The notes below the pieces were generated by a model, which saw nothing but the letters and a program-made list of their open reading frames with translations, did no database searches and had not been told where the DNA came from. Both the position numbers and the translations under genes were made by a program. From Candidatus Enterousia sp. (GTDB lineage: Bacteria; Pseudomonadota; Alphaproteobacteria; Rs-D84), in contig JAZLBQ010000004.1 in the NCBI GenBank assembly GCA_045613785.1, positions 32,001 through 96,000 of the forward strand: a DNA stretch of 64,000 nt, written 5' to 3'. Below, piece after piece: positions 27,127-37,161 of the stretch (position 1 is its first letter; each line of letters begins with the position of its first letter).

Positions 27127-29295
27127 ATGGTATTTGGTTTATTCAAGAAAGACGAAAAAGTCCAATTAAACAACCCAGTTGCTGTTGAAATTCCATACGG
27201 CAATACAACATTGCGTCTGGAAACGGGTCGTATGGCGAAACAGGCGAATGGTTCAGTTTTGGCGACCATGGGTGAAACAATGGTTTTGGCAACTGTTTGT
27301 GCGGAAAAGTCTGCCGTCGAAGGGCAAGATTTCTTTCCATTGACTGTTGACTACCAAGAAAAATTTGCATCTGCTGGTCGTATTCCAGGTTCACGTGATA
27401 GACGTGAAGGCAAAGCATCAACTGCTGAAACATTGACAGCACGTTTGATTGATCGCCCAATCCGTCCTTTGTTCCCAGAAACATTCAAGAACAAAGTTCA
27501 GATTATTGCCCAGGTGTTTTCTTATGACAAAGTCAATCAGCCTGACATTTTGGCAATGATTGCATCATCTGCTGCATTGGCTTTAAGTGGCGTTCCTTTC
27601 CAGGGGCCAATTGGTGCTGCTCGTGTTGGCTATGCAGACGGTGAATACATTTTGAATCCTTCTAAAAAACAGGTCGAAGATTCAGAAATGGATTTGGTTG
27701 TTGCTGCAACAAACAACGGCGTTTTGATGGTAGAATCTGAAATTGGCGAACTGGACGAAAAGACAGTTCTGGGTGCAGTTAAATTTGGTTTTGATGCACA
27801 ACAGGCCGTTATCAACGCAATCAACGAATTGGCTGCCAAGGCTGGCAAAGAACGTTGGGCAACACCTGAAAAAACACCAGAACAGATTTTGATGGAATCT
27901 GATTTTGAACAGTTTGCACCTGCAATCGAAGCGGCTTTGCAAATCAAAGAAAAATTGGTTCGTTTGGAAACATTGTCAGACATTCATGCCCAGGCAAAAG
28001 CACGTATTCCAGAATTGTTCCCAGAAACAGAACGTGCCACATCTACGTTGGAATCATGGGCTGATGAAGTTATTGAAAATTTAACAGCACGTATTATGCG
28101 TGGCAACATCTTGGCTGGCAAACCACGTATTGACGGCCGTGATAACAAGACAGTTCGTCCAATTGAAATTGAATTGGGTGTTCTGCCACGTGCACACGGT
28201 TCAGCATTGTTTACCCGTGGTGAAACCCAGGCTTTGGTATCATTGACATTGGGTGGTGGCAAAGACGCATTGCCAATTGAATCATTAGATGGTGCCGAAG
28301 AACGTGATTTCATCTTGAACTATAACTTCCCAGGTTATTCTGTTGGTGAATGCAAAGGTTTGAAATCTCCGGGTCGTCGTGAAATTGGTCACGGAAACTT
28401 GGCATGGCGTGCAGTTCATCCAATGGTTCCAACCCGCAGCGAATTTGATTATGTAATCCGTATTGTATCGGATATTTTGGAATCAAACGGTTCTTCATCA
28501 ATGGCGACAACATGTGGTGCGACATTGGCGATGATGGACGGTGGTGTTCCAATGAAACGTCCGGTTGCAGGTATTGCAATGGGCTTGATTAAAGAAGGTG
28601 ATGATTACGCTATCTTGACTGACATCTTGGGTGACGAAGATCACTTGGGTGATATGGACTTCAAGGTAACAGGAACAGACCAGGGTATCACAGCCTTGCA
28701 GATGGATATTAAAATCACATCTATCACATTTGAAATTATGGAACATGCATTGGCTCAGGCCAAAGATGGTCGTATGCACATCTTGGGCAAGATTGAAAAG
28801 GCAATCAAAAAGCCACGCTGCAATGTTTCAGAATATGCTCCACAGGCATATACAATGAAAATCAACCCAGACAAAGTTCGTGAAGTAATCGGCAAGGGCG
28901 GTTCTGTAATTCAGGCTCTGGTTCGTGAAACTAACACGATTATTGACTTGGAAGACGATGGATCAATTAAAATTATGGCAACAACCAAAGAAGATGCAGA
29001 CGAAGCAATCCGTCGCATCAAAGACATTGTTGCAGAACCAGAAGTTGGCCAGATTTACAAAGGAACAGTTTCTGGTATGAAAGACTTTGGTCTGTTTGTT
29101 AAAATTATGAACGGATTCGAAGCAATGGTTCATATTTCTGAAATCACCGGCGAACGTATTGCAAAAATCGAAGATACAAAAATCAAAGAAGGTGATACAG
29201 TTTACGTTCGTTATCTGGGTGCTGACAAACGTGGCAAAACACGTATGTCAATGGTTGGTATCGACCAGAAAACTGGTGAAGAAATCAAGAAATAA
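27127..29295 (+). CDS. pnp: polyribonucleotide nucleotidyltransferase
   Basis: FFPLTVDY, RREIGHG, SNGSSSMA, DMDFKV, KH and S1 domains; GGAG SD before ATG 27127. Confidence 0.98.
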   Translation: MVFGLFKKDEKVQLNNPVAVEIPYGNTTLRLETGRMAKQANGSVLATMGETMVLATVCAEKSAVEGQDFFPLTVDYQEKFASAGRIPGSRDRREGKASTAETLTARLIDRPIRPLFPETFKNKVQIIAQVFSYDKVNQPDILAMIASSAALALSGVPFQGPIGAARVGYADGEYILNPSKKQVEDSEMDLVVAATNNGVLMVESEIGELDEKTVLGAVKFGFDAQQAVINAINELAAKAGKERWATPEKTPEQILMESDFEQFAPAIEAALQIKEKLVRLETLSDIHAQAKARIPELFPETERATSTLESWADEVIENLTARIMRGNILAGKPRIDGRDNKTVRPIEIELGVLPRAHGSALFTRGETQALVSLTLGGGKDALPIESLDGAEERDFILNYNFPGYSVGECKGLKSPGRREIGHGNLAWRAVHPMVPTRSEFDYVIRIVSDILESNGSSSMATTCGATLAMMDGGVPMKRPVAGIAMGLIKEGDDYAILTDILGDEDHLGDMDFKVTGTDQGITALQMDIKITSITFEIMEHALAQAKDGRMHILGKIEKAIKKPRCNVSEYAPQAYTMKINPDKVREVIGKGGSVIQALVRETNTIIDLEDDGSIKIMATTKEDADEAIRRIKDIVAEPEVGQIYKGTVSGMKDFGLFVKIMNGFEAMVHISEITGERIAKIEDTKIKEGDTVYVRYLGADKRGKTRMSMVGIDQKTGEEIKK

Positions 29296-29309
29296 GGACT
29301 GTAATTGAT

Positions 29310-29669
29310 ATGAAACCTGAACAGTTGAATTGGTCGGACTTTAAATGGGCGGTGCATCTGGATTGCAAAGCCCACAAAGTTCCAGCAATCAAGAAATTTG
29401 TAACAGAAAACTATTTTCCATGTATCGTAAAAAACAAGGAAACAGGTAAATACGCTTTTCAGCTGTCCAGATTGGACAAAGCGCCGTCTGGGGCAGAACG
29501 TGTGTTGCCGATGATGACTGGAAAAACCGAGTTTGCAACAGAAGCAGAAGCAATCACAAACGCAAACGAAGTAATCATTCCAGACTTGGAATTTAGTCCG
29601 ATTTTTGCGTGGACAAATGAAATTCCACGCCGTGCAATTCAAATGTTGCACATTGAAAAACAAAAATAA
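29310..29669 (+). CDS. hypothetical protein
   Basis: 119 aa, AAGGA SD, lies between pnp and ybaB; ends HIEKQK. Confidence 0.75.
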   Translation: MKPEQLNWSDFKWAVHLDCKAHKVPAIKKFVTENYFPCIVKNKETGKYAFQLSRLDKAPSGAERVLPMMTGKTEFATEAEAITNANEVIIPDLEFSPIFAWTNEIPRRAIQMLHIEKQK

Positions 29670-29687
29670 ATAACAGGGAGAGATTAA

Positions 29688-29984
29688 ATGGATATGGAAG
29701 CATTAATGGCTCAGGCTGCTGAATTACAGGCCAAGGTTGCCAATGCCCAGGAACAACTGGCAAAAACAACGGTCAAGGGTATTGCTGACGGTGGTGCATG
29801 CATCATCGATATGACTGGGAAATACGATATGGTAAAATTGACAATCCGTCCAGACGTTTTATCTGGTGGTGCGGCGGCTGTTGAACAGGCTGTTATGGCT
29901 GCCTACCTTGACGCCAAGGAAAAGGCTGATACAATAATCGACCAGGTTATGGGTGCGGCGACTGCTGGTGTTCCAATGCCATAA
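29688..29984 (+). CDS. ybaB: YbaB/EbfC nucleoid-associated protein
   Basis: LMAQAAELQAKVANAQEQL...VKGIADGG. Confidence 0.9.
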   Translation: MDMEALMAQAAELQAKVANAQEQLAKTTVKGIADGGACIIDMTGKYDMVKLTIRPDVLSGGAAAVEQAVMAAYLDAKEKADTIIDQVMGAATAGVPMP

Positions 29985-30005
29985 TGTATAAAATCGATAA
30001 AAAAG

Positions 30006-30030
30006 AAATCCCCGATTTGGGGATTTTTTT
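30006..30030. terminator. bidirectional terminator
   Basis: AAATCCCC-GATTT-GGGGATTT with T-run. Confidence 0.85.
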
Positions 30031-30343
30031 ATTTTCCAAAAATAAAAGATTTGTTTTGTGAAATCTCAATAATTGCATCAATGTTGTCGTTTTCTGCGGT
30101 TCGTTGGCGTTTAGTTTTTCCACAAACCTCACAAACGTGTGTTATTATAAATCTGTCGCCGTCTGGGCTAACAGAAACGGGCTTCATCATTCCGCCACAT
30201 GTTGCCGCCCGATCGCCTGGATTGTTGTCAACGTGTTTTGACCACAGACAATTTGGACAATGGTTTGTATATCCGTTTCCACGAACAACTGCACCACAAT
30301 GGGTGCAGTTAAAATCTTCGACTGTTTTTGTAAAGCCTTTCAT
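30029..30343 (-). CDS. RNHCP-domain zinc-finger protein
   Basis: FNCTHCG, TNHCPNCLWSKHVD..PGDRA..CGG.M.P. Confidence 0.9.
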   Translation of the reverse strand: MKGFTKTVEDFNCTHCGAVVRGNGYTNHCPNCLWSKHVDNNPGDRAATCGGMMKPVSVSPDGDRFIITHVCEVCGKTKRQRTAENDNIDAIIEISQNKSFIFGK

Positions 30344-30591
30344 TATATCCCCAATGCATTACGATACATTTGTGTCAGTTCGTCGGCTTCGTCAATTTCA
30401 TCTGGATCCAGTTTACGCAGACGAATCATCTGGCGGATATATTTTGGGTCATAACCTGCAGATTTAGCCTCGGAATAAATTTCTTTGATGTCTGCTGCAA
30501 TGGCGGCAGTTTCTTCATTTAACTTTTCAATACGTTCAATAATACTCAACAACTGCTGGTTATCAAAAGCACCGTGATTTGCTTGTTTCAT
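30343..30591 (-). CDS. gapR: GapR (DUF2312) nucleoid-associated protein
   Basis: QLLSIIERIEKLNEE...DIKEIYSEAKSAGYDPK...YRNALG. Confidence 0.93.
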   Translation of the reverse strand: MKQANHGAFDNQQLLSIIERIEKLNEETAAIAADIKEIYSEAKSAGYDPKYIRQMIRLRKLDPDEIDEADELTQMYRNALGI

Positions 30592-30687
30592 TTCTGTTTT
30601 CCCCTTGTTTATTTATAAAAGTTATGATATATCATAAATCACAAAAATCAAGAAAAACAAAAATACGAAAAACACAAGGGATGTCAA

Positions 30688-32058
30688 ATGAACAAGTTTA
30701 CCAAAATTACCGCATCAATTGGTCCAAAATGCGAAGACCGTGAAACACTAACCCGTATGATTCAGGCTGGGGTAAATATGTGCCGTATGAATTTTAGTCA
30801 TGACACAGGCGATGTCCAGGGACGTAAAATAGATATGATTCGTGAAATATCAGCACAGTTAAATACACCTGTTGCAGTAATGATTGACTTGCAAGGGCCA
30901 AAACATCGCATTGGGAACTTTGCAACCGAAGATAAATATCCACTGGAAATCGGTCAGAAGTTTACATTTGACACAGATCAGACACCTGGCGATTCAACCC
31001 GTGTTCAGTTGCCAGATGCTGATGTCTTGGAGTCATTAAAGGTTGGTGATAGAATTCTGTTGAATGACGGTAAAATAGAAATGCGTGTTGATTTTGCATC
31101 TGCGACCCGTGTTGATGCAACTGTTATTCGTGGCACAGAAATTTGGTCACGTCGTGGTTTTAATTTGCCAGACACAGAAATCAACACATCTGTTTTGACA
31201 GCCAAGGATCGCAAAGACTTGGAATATGCGATTACCAAGAAACCAGATTGGGTTGCAATATCATTTGTGCAACGTCCAGAAGACATTGCCGAAGTTCGTG
31301 ATTTTATCACCGAACGCACATCGCACCCAATTAAAATTATTGCTAAAATCGAACGTCCAAATGCAGTTGAACGCATAACAGATATTGCGGCCATTGCAGA
31401 CGGTATTATGATTGCACGAGGCGACTTGGCAGTTGAAGTTCCATATGCGTCTGTTCCTGCGATTTCACGTCATATTATTCGTGAATGTCGCAAAATGAAC
31501 AAGCCTGTTATTGTTGCGACACAAATGTTGGGTTCAATGGTAAACAGTGAATTTCCAACCCGTGCTGAAATCACAGACGTTGCAAACACAGCATACTTGC
31601 GTGCGGATTCAACAATGACGTCCGAAGAAACAACAATCGGTATGAATCCTGTAAATGTTATTGAAACAATGTATAATATTTTGGCAAATGCAGACAGTGA
31701 TGCGATTGCAAATCCATTTGATTGGTCACGTGTTGAAAATGTTCCAGAAAATGACTGGTCACGTTCTGTTGCGTCAATGGCGTATTTGAACCGTGCGTCT
31801 GCAATTGTTGTGTTTGCTCGTGATACGATTACAGCGACTGAAATTTCTTGTCGTAAACCAGATATCCCAGTTATTGCGGTATGCAATGAATCTGTAATTG
31901 CGAACCAGTTGTGTTTAGCACGTGGTGTATTCCCAATTTATGACAACGAATTGTTTGGGATGCGTGATGCGTTTAATGCGGCTCGTCGCTTTAACATAAA
32001 TAATGGCAAGATAGTTATTGTGGACGAAGACAAGATTAGCCTTCGCACATTGGACTAA
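30688..32058 (+). CDS. pyk: pyruvate kinase
   Basis: TKITASIGP, RMNFSH, IAKIER, MIARGDL, ATQML. Confidence 0.96.
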   Translation: MNKFTKITASIGPKCEDRETLTRMIQAGVNMCRMNFSHDTGDVQGRKIDMIREISAQLNTPVAVMIDLQGPKHRIGNFATEDKYPLEIGQKFTFDTDQTPGDSTRVQLPDADVLESLKVGDRILLNDGKIEMRVDFASATRVDATVIRGTEIWSRRGFNLPDTEINTSVLTAKDRKDLEYAITKKPDWVAISFVQRPEDIAEVRDFITERTSHPIKIIAKIERPNAVERITDIAAIADGIMIARGDLAVEVPYASVPAISRHIIRECRKMNKPVIVATQMLGSMVNSEFPTRAEITDVANTAYLRADSTMTSEETTIGMNPVNVIETMYNILANADSDAIANPFDWSRVENVPENDWSRSVASMAYLNRASAIVVFARDTITATEISCRKPDIPVIAVCNESVIANQLCLARGVFPIYDNELFGMRDAFNAARRFNINNGKIVIVDEDKISLRTLD

Positions 32059-32129
32059 AAAACAATCCCCCGCTTTGGGGGATTTTTAATTATTGACCCA
32101 CATACAATTTTTTTACTAACATTTATTGT

Positions 32130-33347
32130 ATGAGAAGAATGTTCCCACTTTTTTTTGCATTGTTTTTTTGTGCAACTGCTAACGCAGCACAGTATCGTGC
32201 AGCATTGGTTGCAGATATGGACACAGGTCGTGTTTTATACCAAGAAAACGCAAATGAATTAAATTATCCAGCAAGTTTAACAAAAATAATGACATTGTAT
32301 TTAACGTTTGATGCGCTGGAACATGGTCGTCTGGCATTAGACGATTATCTGATTGTATCACAGTCTGCCGCAAATGCAGAGCCTGTAAAACTAGGGCTTG
32401 CAGCTGGCTCTAAAATTCGGGTCGAAGATGCGATAAAGGCATTGGCTGTTTACAGTGCAAATGACGTTGCACGTGTGTTGGCAGAAAATCTAAAAGGTGG
32501 TCAAGAAGAATCCTTTGCAGACTTGATGACCCGTGTCGCACGTGAAATAGGACTGACGAATACGAATTTTGAAAATTCATCTGGTTTGCCAAATGATGAC
32601 CATTTATCAACGGCACGTGATATTGCGCTGCTGTCAATGGCGGTATATAAACACTTTCCACAGTATTGGCACTTTTTTGGGATAAAGTCTTGGACATATA
32701 ACGGTAAAACATATACAAATGGAAATCGCCTGTTGACGTCTTTTAATGGTTGCGATGGTATGAAGACTGGTTATACAAAGAAATCTAAATATTCACTTGT
32801 TGCGACTGCACATCGTAATGGTTCGCATTTGATGTCTGTGGTGTTGGGGGCAGAAAACAAAGACGTTCGTGCCAATGTCGCAGCCCAAATGTTAAATCGT
32901 GGTTTTACAATGTTGGGAAATGGTTCGCAGCCAATTGTCAAGAATACACCTGTTGCACCTGTGCAGACGTCGCATCAAACTCAGCCTGCACCGCAACCGT
33001 CATATAATCAGCCGGCGTATAATCAAACAGCGGCAAATCCAACAACATTTGCAGGTGCGTATAATTCTGCAACTGCAAACGCAATGCCAAAATATTCAGG
33101 TGCTGCAATAACCCAGACTGCAACATCGGCGGGTGGAACAGGTGTTCAGTTTGGTGCATTTTCATCTGAATCAGCGGCTCGTTCTCAGGTTGCAAATGTC
33201 AAAAATAAATTGGGTGCAACCGCAGTTGTTGAACCAACAGGCACTGGGCTTTACCGTGTGCGTGTCTATGGTTTGTCTGAATCTGCAGCCCAGAACTTAA
33301 AATCGTCTGCAACTGCAAACGGTATTGACAGTTATGTTTTTCACTAG
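32130..33347 (+). CDS. D-alanyl-D-alanine carboxypeptidase (S11) with C-terminal SPOR domain
   Basis: PASLTK, SAND, KTG motifs; VQFGAFSS...YRVRV. Confidence 0.93.
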   Translation: MRRMFPLFFALFFCATANAAQYRAALVADMDTGRVLYQENANELNYPASLTKIMTLYLTFDALEHGRLALDDYLIVSQSAANAEPVKLGLAAGSKIRVEDAIKALAVYSANDVARVLAENLKGGQEESFADLMTRVAREIGLTNTNFENSSGLPNDDHLSTARDIALLSMAVYKHFPQYWHFFGIKSWTYNGKTYTNGNRLLTSFNGCDGMKTGYTKKSKYSLVATAHRNGSHLMSVVLGAENKDVRANVAAQMLNRGFTMLGNGSQPIVKNTPVAPVQTSHQTQPAPQPSYNQPAYNQTAANPTTFAGAYNSATANAMPKYSGAAITQTATSAGGTGVQFGAFSSESAARSQVANVKNKLGATAVVEPTGTGLYRVRVYGLSESAAQNLKSSATANGIDSYVFH

Positions 33348-33362
33348 TATTTTATATACGCT

Positions 33363-33962
33363 ATGAATCCAAAAATTGAAAAGTTGATAAAACTGTTCGC
33401 AAAATTACCACGTGTTGGCACACGTGGTGGTCAGCGTATTGCCCTTTGTTTATTACAAGATAAAACAGGTCGTGCAAATGCACTGGCATCAGCAATAATT
33501 GATGCTTCTGAAAATATTGCACCGTGTCCACGTTGTGGTGTTTTAACTGATCGTGGGGCAGGGGTGTGTGAATACTGTCGTGATGCATCTCGTGCAAATG
33601 GTCAGTTGTGTATTGTTCGTGACCTGGCTGATGTTTGGACACTGGAAAAATCATCTGTGTTTCACGGTCGGTATCATATTATTGGTGGTTTGTTGTCTGG
33701 GGCGTCTGGCGTTTTGCCCCAAGATTTGAATATCAACACTTTGACGGGGCGTATTAGCGATGAAAAAATCACAGAAGTTATATTTGCTCTGCCGAACACG
33801 GTCGAAGGTAAAACGACCCAGCATTACATAATATCGGTTATTGGTGAAACAGACGGTGTTTCGTATTCAGAACTTGCCTCTGGCGTGCCATTGGGCGGTG
33901 ATTTAGATTATTTAGACGAAGGAACGTTGACATTAGCGTTTGGGGGGCGTAAATCATTATGA
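33363..33962 (+). CDS. recR: recombination mediator RecR
   Basis: KLPRVG, C4 zinc finger, GRYHIIGG, GVPLGGDLDYLDEGTL. Confidence 0.96.
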   Translation: MNPKIEKLIKLFAKLPRVGTRGGQRIALCLLQDKTGRANALASAIIDASENIAPCPRCGVLTDRGAGVCEYCRDASRANGQLCIVRDLADVWTLEKSSVFHGRYHIIGGLLSGASGVLPQDLNINTLTGRISDEKITEVIFALPNTVEGKTTQHYIISVIGETDGVSYSELASGVPLGGDLDYLDEGTLTLAFGGRKSL

Positions 33963-34783
33963 CAGATTTAATTACATCTTTGCCACCTGTGTCTGCAATG
34001 ATGATTGAATGTGGGCTAGAACCTAAAAAGCAGTTTGGTCAGAATTTTTTGTTTGATTTGAATTTAACAGGCCGTATTGCTAACAGTGTTCCTGATATAA
34101 AAAACACTAATGTTGTAGAAGTTGGACCTGGGCCAGGTGGTCTTACCCGTGCGATTTTATTAGCAGGTGCCAAGCAACTGATTGCGATTGAAAAGGACAA
34201 GACAACCGAGCCGATATTGTCGCAAATTATTGATGCATCAAAAGGTCGCTTGTCTGTAATTTATGATGATGCATTGCGTGTAGATTTTTCAAGGTTGGGT
34301 TTTGATGAATATGCAGTATGTGCGAACTTGCCGTATAATGTTGGTACAGAGTTATTGATAGGTTGGTTAAAAAAGATTGCGACTGGTGAACGTATAACAT
34401 CGCTGACCTTGATGTTCCAGCGAGAGGTTGCTCAGCGAATCACCGCCCGTCCTAGTGATGAACATTATGGTCGTCTGGCTGTTTTAACATCATTACTTGC
34501 CAACGCCAAGATTTTATTTGATGTTCCAAACACAGCCTTTGTTCCACGTCCACGTGTTCAAAGTGCTGTTGTTCAAATAATTCCAGATGCTCAAAAGATT
34601 TCGCAAATTTCAGACATTACCAAGATTGAACAAATCACCGCAAAACTGTTTGGGCAGCGTCGTAAAATGATACGTGGGATTATGCCTGGTGTTGATTGGT
34701 CTGCGTTTGGTCTTGACGGAACAGAGCGTGCTGAAAATCTTGCACCAGAAACATTTGCAATCTTGGCAAATAATTTGTTATAG
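33959..34783 (+). CDS. rsmA: 16S rRNA dimethyladenosine transferase
   Basis: GQNFL, EVGPGPGGLT, ANLPYNV, MFQREVA. Confidence 0.96.
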   Translation: MTDLITSLPPVSAMMIECGLEPKKQFGQNFLFDLNLTGRIANSVPDIKNTNVVEVGPGPGGLTRAILLAGAKQLIAIEKDKTTEPILSQIIDASKGRLSVIYDDALRVDFSRLGFDEYAVCANLPYNVGTELLIGWLKKIATGERITSLTLMFQREVAQRITARPSDEHYGRLAVLTSLLANAKILFDVPNTAFVPRPRVQSAVVQIIPDAQKISQISDITKIEQITAKLFGQRRKMIRGIMPGVDWSAFGLDGTERAENLAPETFAILANNLL

Positions 34784-34812
34784 TTTTTTATATCAGGGGA
34801 ACGGGGGGGATA

Positions 34813-36522
34813 ATGTCGTTATCATTACTCGCATTTTTTGCAATTGTTTTTACATTGGTTTATACGCTACGTATGGCTAAAATCGGTTCTTTGGTTGCGT
34901 TTTTATTCGCAGGCGTTTTATCTGGGCCGTATGTTTTTAATCTGTTTGAATTATCAGATGCCTGGACGTTTCTGGGTGATATGGGAATATTATTTTTGTG
35001 GTTCAGTATTGGACTGGAAATAAATATCAAGCGTCTGTGGCGTATGAAACGCACGATATTTGGTTTTGGTGCTGCCCAGGTAATGATGGTTGCGGTCATG
35101 TTGTTCCCATTGTTGTTTGGACTGACAACTTGGTCTATTCTTGGGTGCATAATGGTGTCGCTAATGTTAGCAATGTCCAGCACTTCTGTTGATTTGCAGT
35201 TGTTGACAGAACGTAATCAGTTAAATACAGAAATGGGGCGGCAAACATTTTCAATTCTTTTGTTCCAAGACCTATTGTCGATTCCGTTGTTGGCAATGCT
35301 ACCTGCACTGGCAGGGCGAACATTTAACCTGGGGGCAACTGCAATAGATGTTGGTGTAATATCTGTTGTTCTGGTTTTATCTGTTGTCTTGATGGGGCGT
35401 TTTGTAATGACGCCATTATTCCGTCAGGTTGCAAAACTTAAATCCAAAGAAGCCTTTTTGCTTGCAGTAATGCTGAATATTGTTGTTTGGGCTGTTTTGG
35501 TTGACTTGATTGGTTTGCCAGCAGGTCTAGGTGCGTTTTTGGCAGGTATGTTGATGTCAGAAACAATTTATCGTCATCAAATTACCGCTGAAATTTCGCC
35601 TTATGCAACATTATTTCTGGCGTTTTTCTTTATCTCATTGGGTATGGGGCTAGACCTAAAACTGCTAGGACATTATTGGTATGTTGTTCTGTTTGGTGTT
35701 ATAGGGTTGATTGCGTTAAAGTTTTTTGCAATATTCATTGTTGCACGTGTTCGTGGTATCAACGCACCTGATGCATTGATGATTTCTTTGATTCTAGCTC
35801 AGGGTGGTGAATTTGCATTATTGATGCTGCAAACAATGAAGACCAGTGGGATTTCTGCAATTCCATCTGGCCACAAAGAAATCTTGACGGCGATAATAAT
35901 CCTATCGATTATGATAACTCCGCTATTGTTAGGCTTGCATGATTATTTGCAGCGAAATGGACGGTTGTTTCCTCAGCGTCAATCACGCAAAATAGAAATG
36001 AATAAATCAGAAGTTCAACCTGATGTGATTGTTTGTGGTTTTGGTCGTGTTGGTCAAATTATATGCCAAATGCTGGACGCAAAAAAGATTCCATATGTTG
36101 CGATTGACCTAGATGTTAACGCTGTTATGATGGGGCGTGAAATGGGCTTTAATGTAGTCTATGGAAATACGACCAGTCGTGATGTGTTATCTGAATTTGG
36201 TCTGCGTCCACGGCGTGTAAAATCAGTTGTTGTTGCATTGGATAATGCTACTACTGCCAAACGAACAATATTGACAGTCCGTTCGATTGCACCACGTGTA
36301 AAAATATTTGCCCGTGCTCGTAATCTGGCTGATTCACAGATGTTGATGACCCAAGGCGTTGAAACAGTAATGCCAGAAACCATAGAATCTTCATTTTTAT
36401 TGGGCTTTGGTGTCTTGTCTGATTTAGGCGTATCTGAACGCAGTATAAATAACCTGCTAACCGAAATGCGTCAGGATAATTATGCAGTCTTATCGACTGT
36501 GATTTCGGACAAACGTGATTGA
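34813..36522 (+). CDS. KefB/KefC-type CPA2 K+/H+ antiporter with TrkA-N domain
   Basis: IGLE, LLFQDL, QGGEFA, GFGRVGQ. Confidence 0.92.
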   Translation: MSLSLLAFFAIVFTLVYTLRMAKIGSLVAFLFAGVLSGPYVFNLFELSDAWTFLGDMGILFLWFSIGLEINIKRLWRMKRTIFGFGAAQVMMVAVMLFPLLFGLTTWSILGCIMVSLMLAMSSTSVDLQLLTERNQLNTEMGRQTFSILLFQDLLSIPLLAMLPALAGRTFNLGATAIDVGVISVVLVLSVVLMGRFVMTPLFRQVAKLKSKEAFLLAVMLNIVVWAVLVDLIGLPAGLGAFLAGMLMSETIYRHQITAEISPYATLFLAFFFISLGMGLDLKLLGHYWYVVLFGVIGLIALKFFAIFIVARVRGINAPDALMISLILAQGGEFALLMLQTMKTSGISAIPSGHKEILTAIIILSIMITPLLLGLHDYLQRNGRLFPQRQSRKIEMNKSEVQPDVIVCGFGRVGQIICQMLDAKKIPYVAIDLDVNAVMMGREMGFNVVYGNTTSRDVLSEFGLRPRRVKSVVVALDNATTAKRTILTVRSIAPRVKIFARARNLADSQMLMTQGVETVMPETIESSFLLGFGVLSDLGVSERSINNLLTEMRQDNYAVLSTVISDKRD

Positions 36523-36622
36523 TTGTTGGTTACAAAAAAGTCCCCATTTTTTGGGGACATTTTATTTGCATTTCACCTTGCATATTGTTATATTTCAACC
36601 TATATAGAACGGAAAGGCAAAC

Positions 36623-37159
36623 ATGAAAAAAATAACATTGATTTTATCAGTCATTTTTGGTGTGTTGTTCTTGGATTTGGTGTCCAAGGGGGCATTGTTG
36701 TATTTAATCACGGGTGGCGTTCCCTTGTTTGGTGCTGCGTGGGACGTTGTTTCTGTGCCGTATTTAATGGCATTTGTGTGCGATTATTTTAATATTGTCT
36801 TTACATGGAATCCTGGTGCATCATTTTCAATGTTTCGTGCCCTGGGCGAAGCGACTCCGATAATATTGATATTTGCAACTGGTGCAATAATTGGAATGAT
36901 ATTGCATTATTTGTTTACTCGTGCCAAGTCGTATGAATTGGTGCCATTGTCATTGATTGCTGGTGGTGCAATTGGTAATTTGATTGACCGCATCAGATTT
37001 GGTGCAGTGGTTGATTTTCTAGATTTTCATATTGGTGGTTGGCATTGGCCTGCGTTCAATATTGCAGACATTTGTATTGTTGTCGGTGTTGGTTTGTATT
37101 TGTTAAATATGTTCCTTGCCCGTCGTCGTTGTTTAAAAAATATAAAGGATGGTAAATAA
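36623..37159 (+). CDS. lspA: lipoprotein signal peptidase
   Basis: NPGASFS, GGAIGNLIDR, VVDF, FNIAD. Confidence 0.96.
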   Translation: MKKITLILSVIFGVLFLDLVSKGALLYLITGGVPLFGAAWDVVSVPYLMAFVCDYFNIVFTWNPGASFSMFRALGEATPIILIFATGAIIGMILHYLFTRAKSYELVPLSLIAGGAIGNLIDRIRFGAVVDFLDFHIGGWHWPAFNIADICIVVGVGLYLLNMFLARRRCLKNIKDGK

Positions 37160-37161
37160 AA

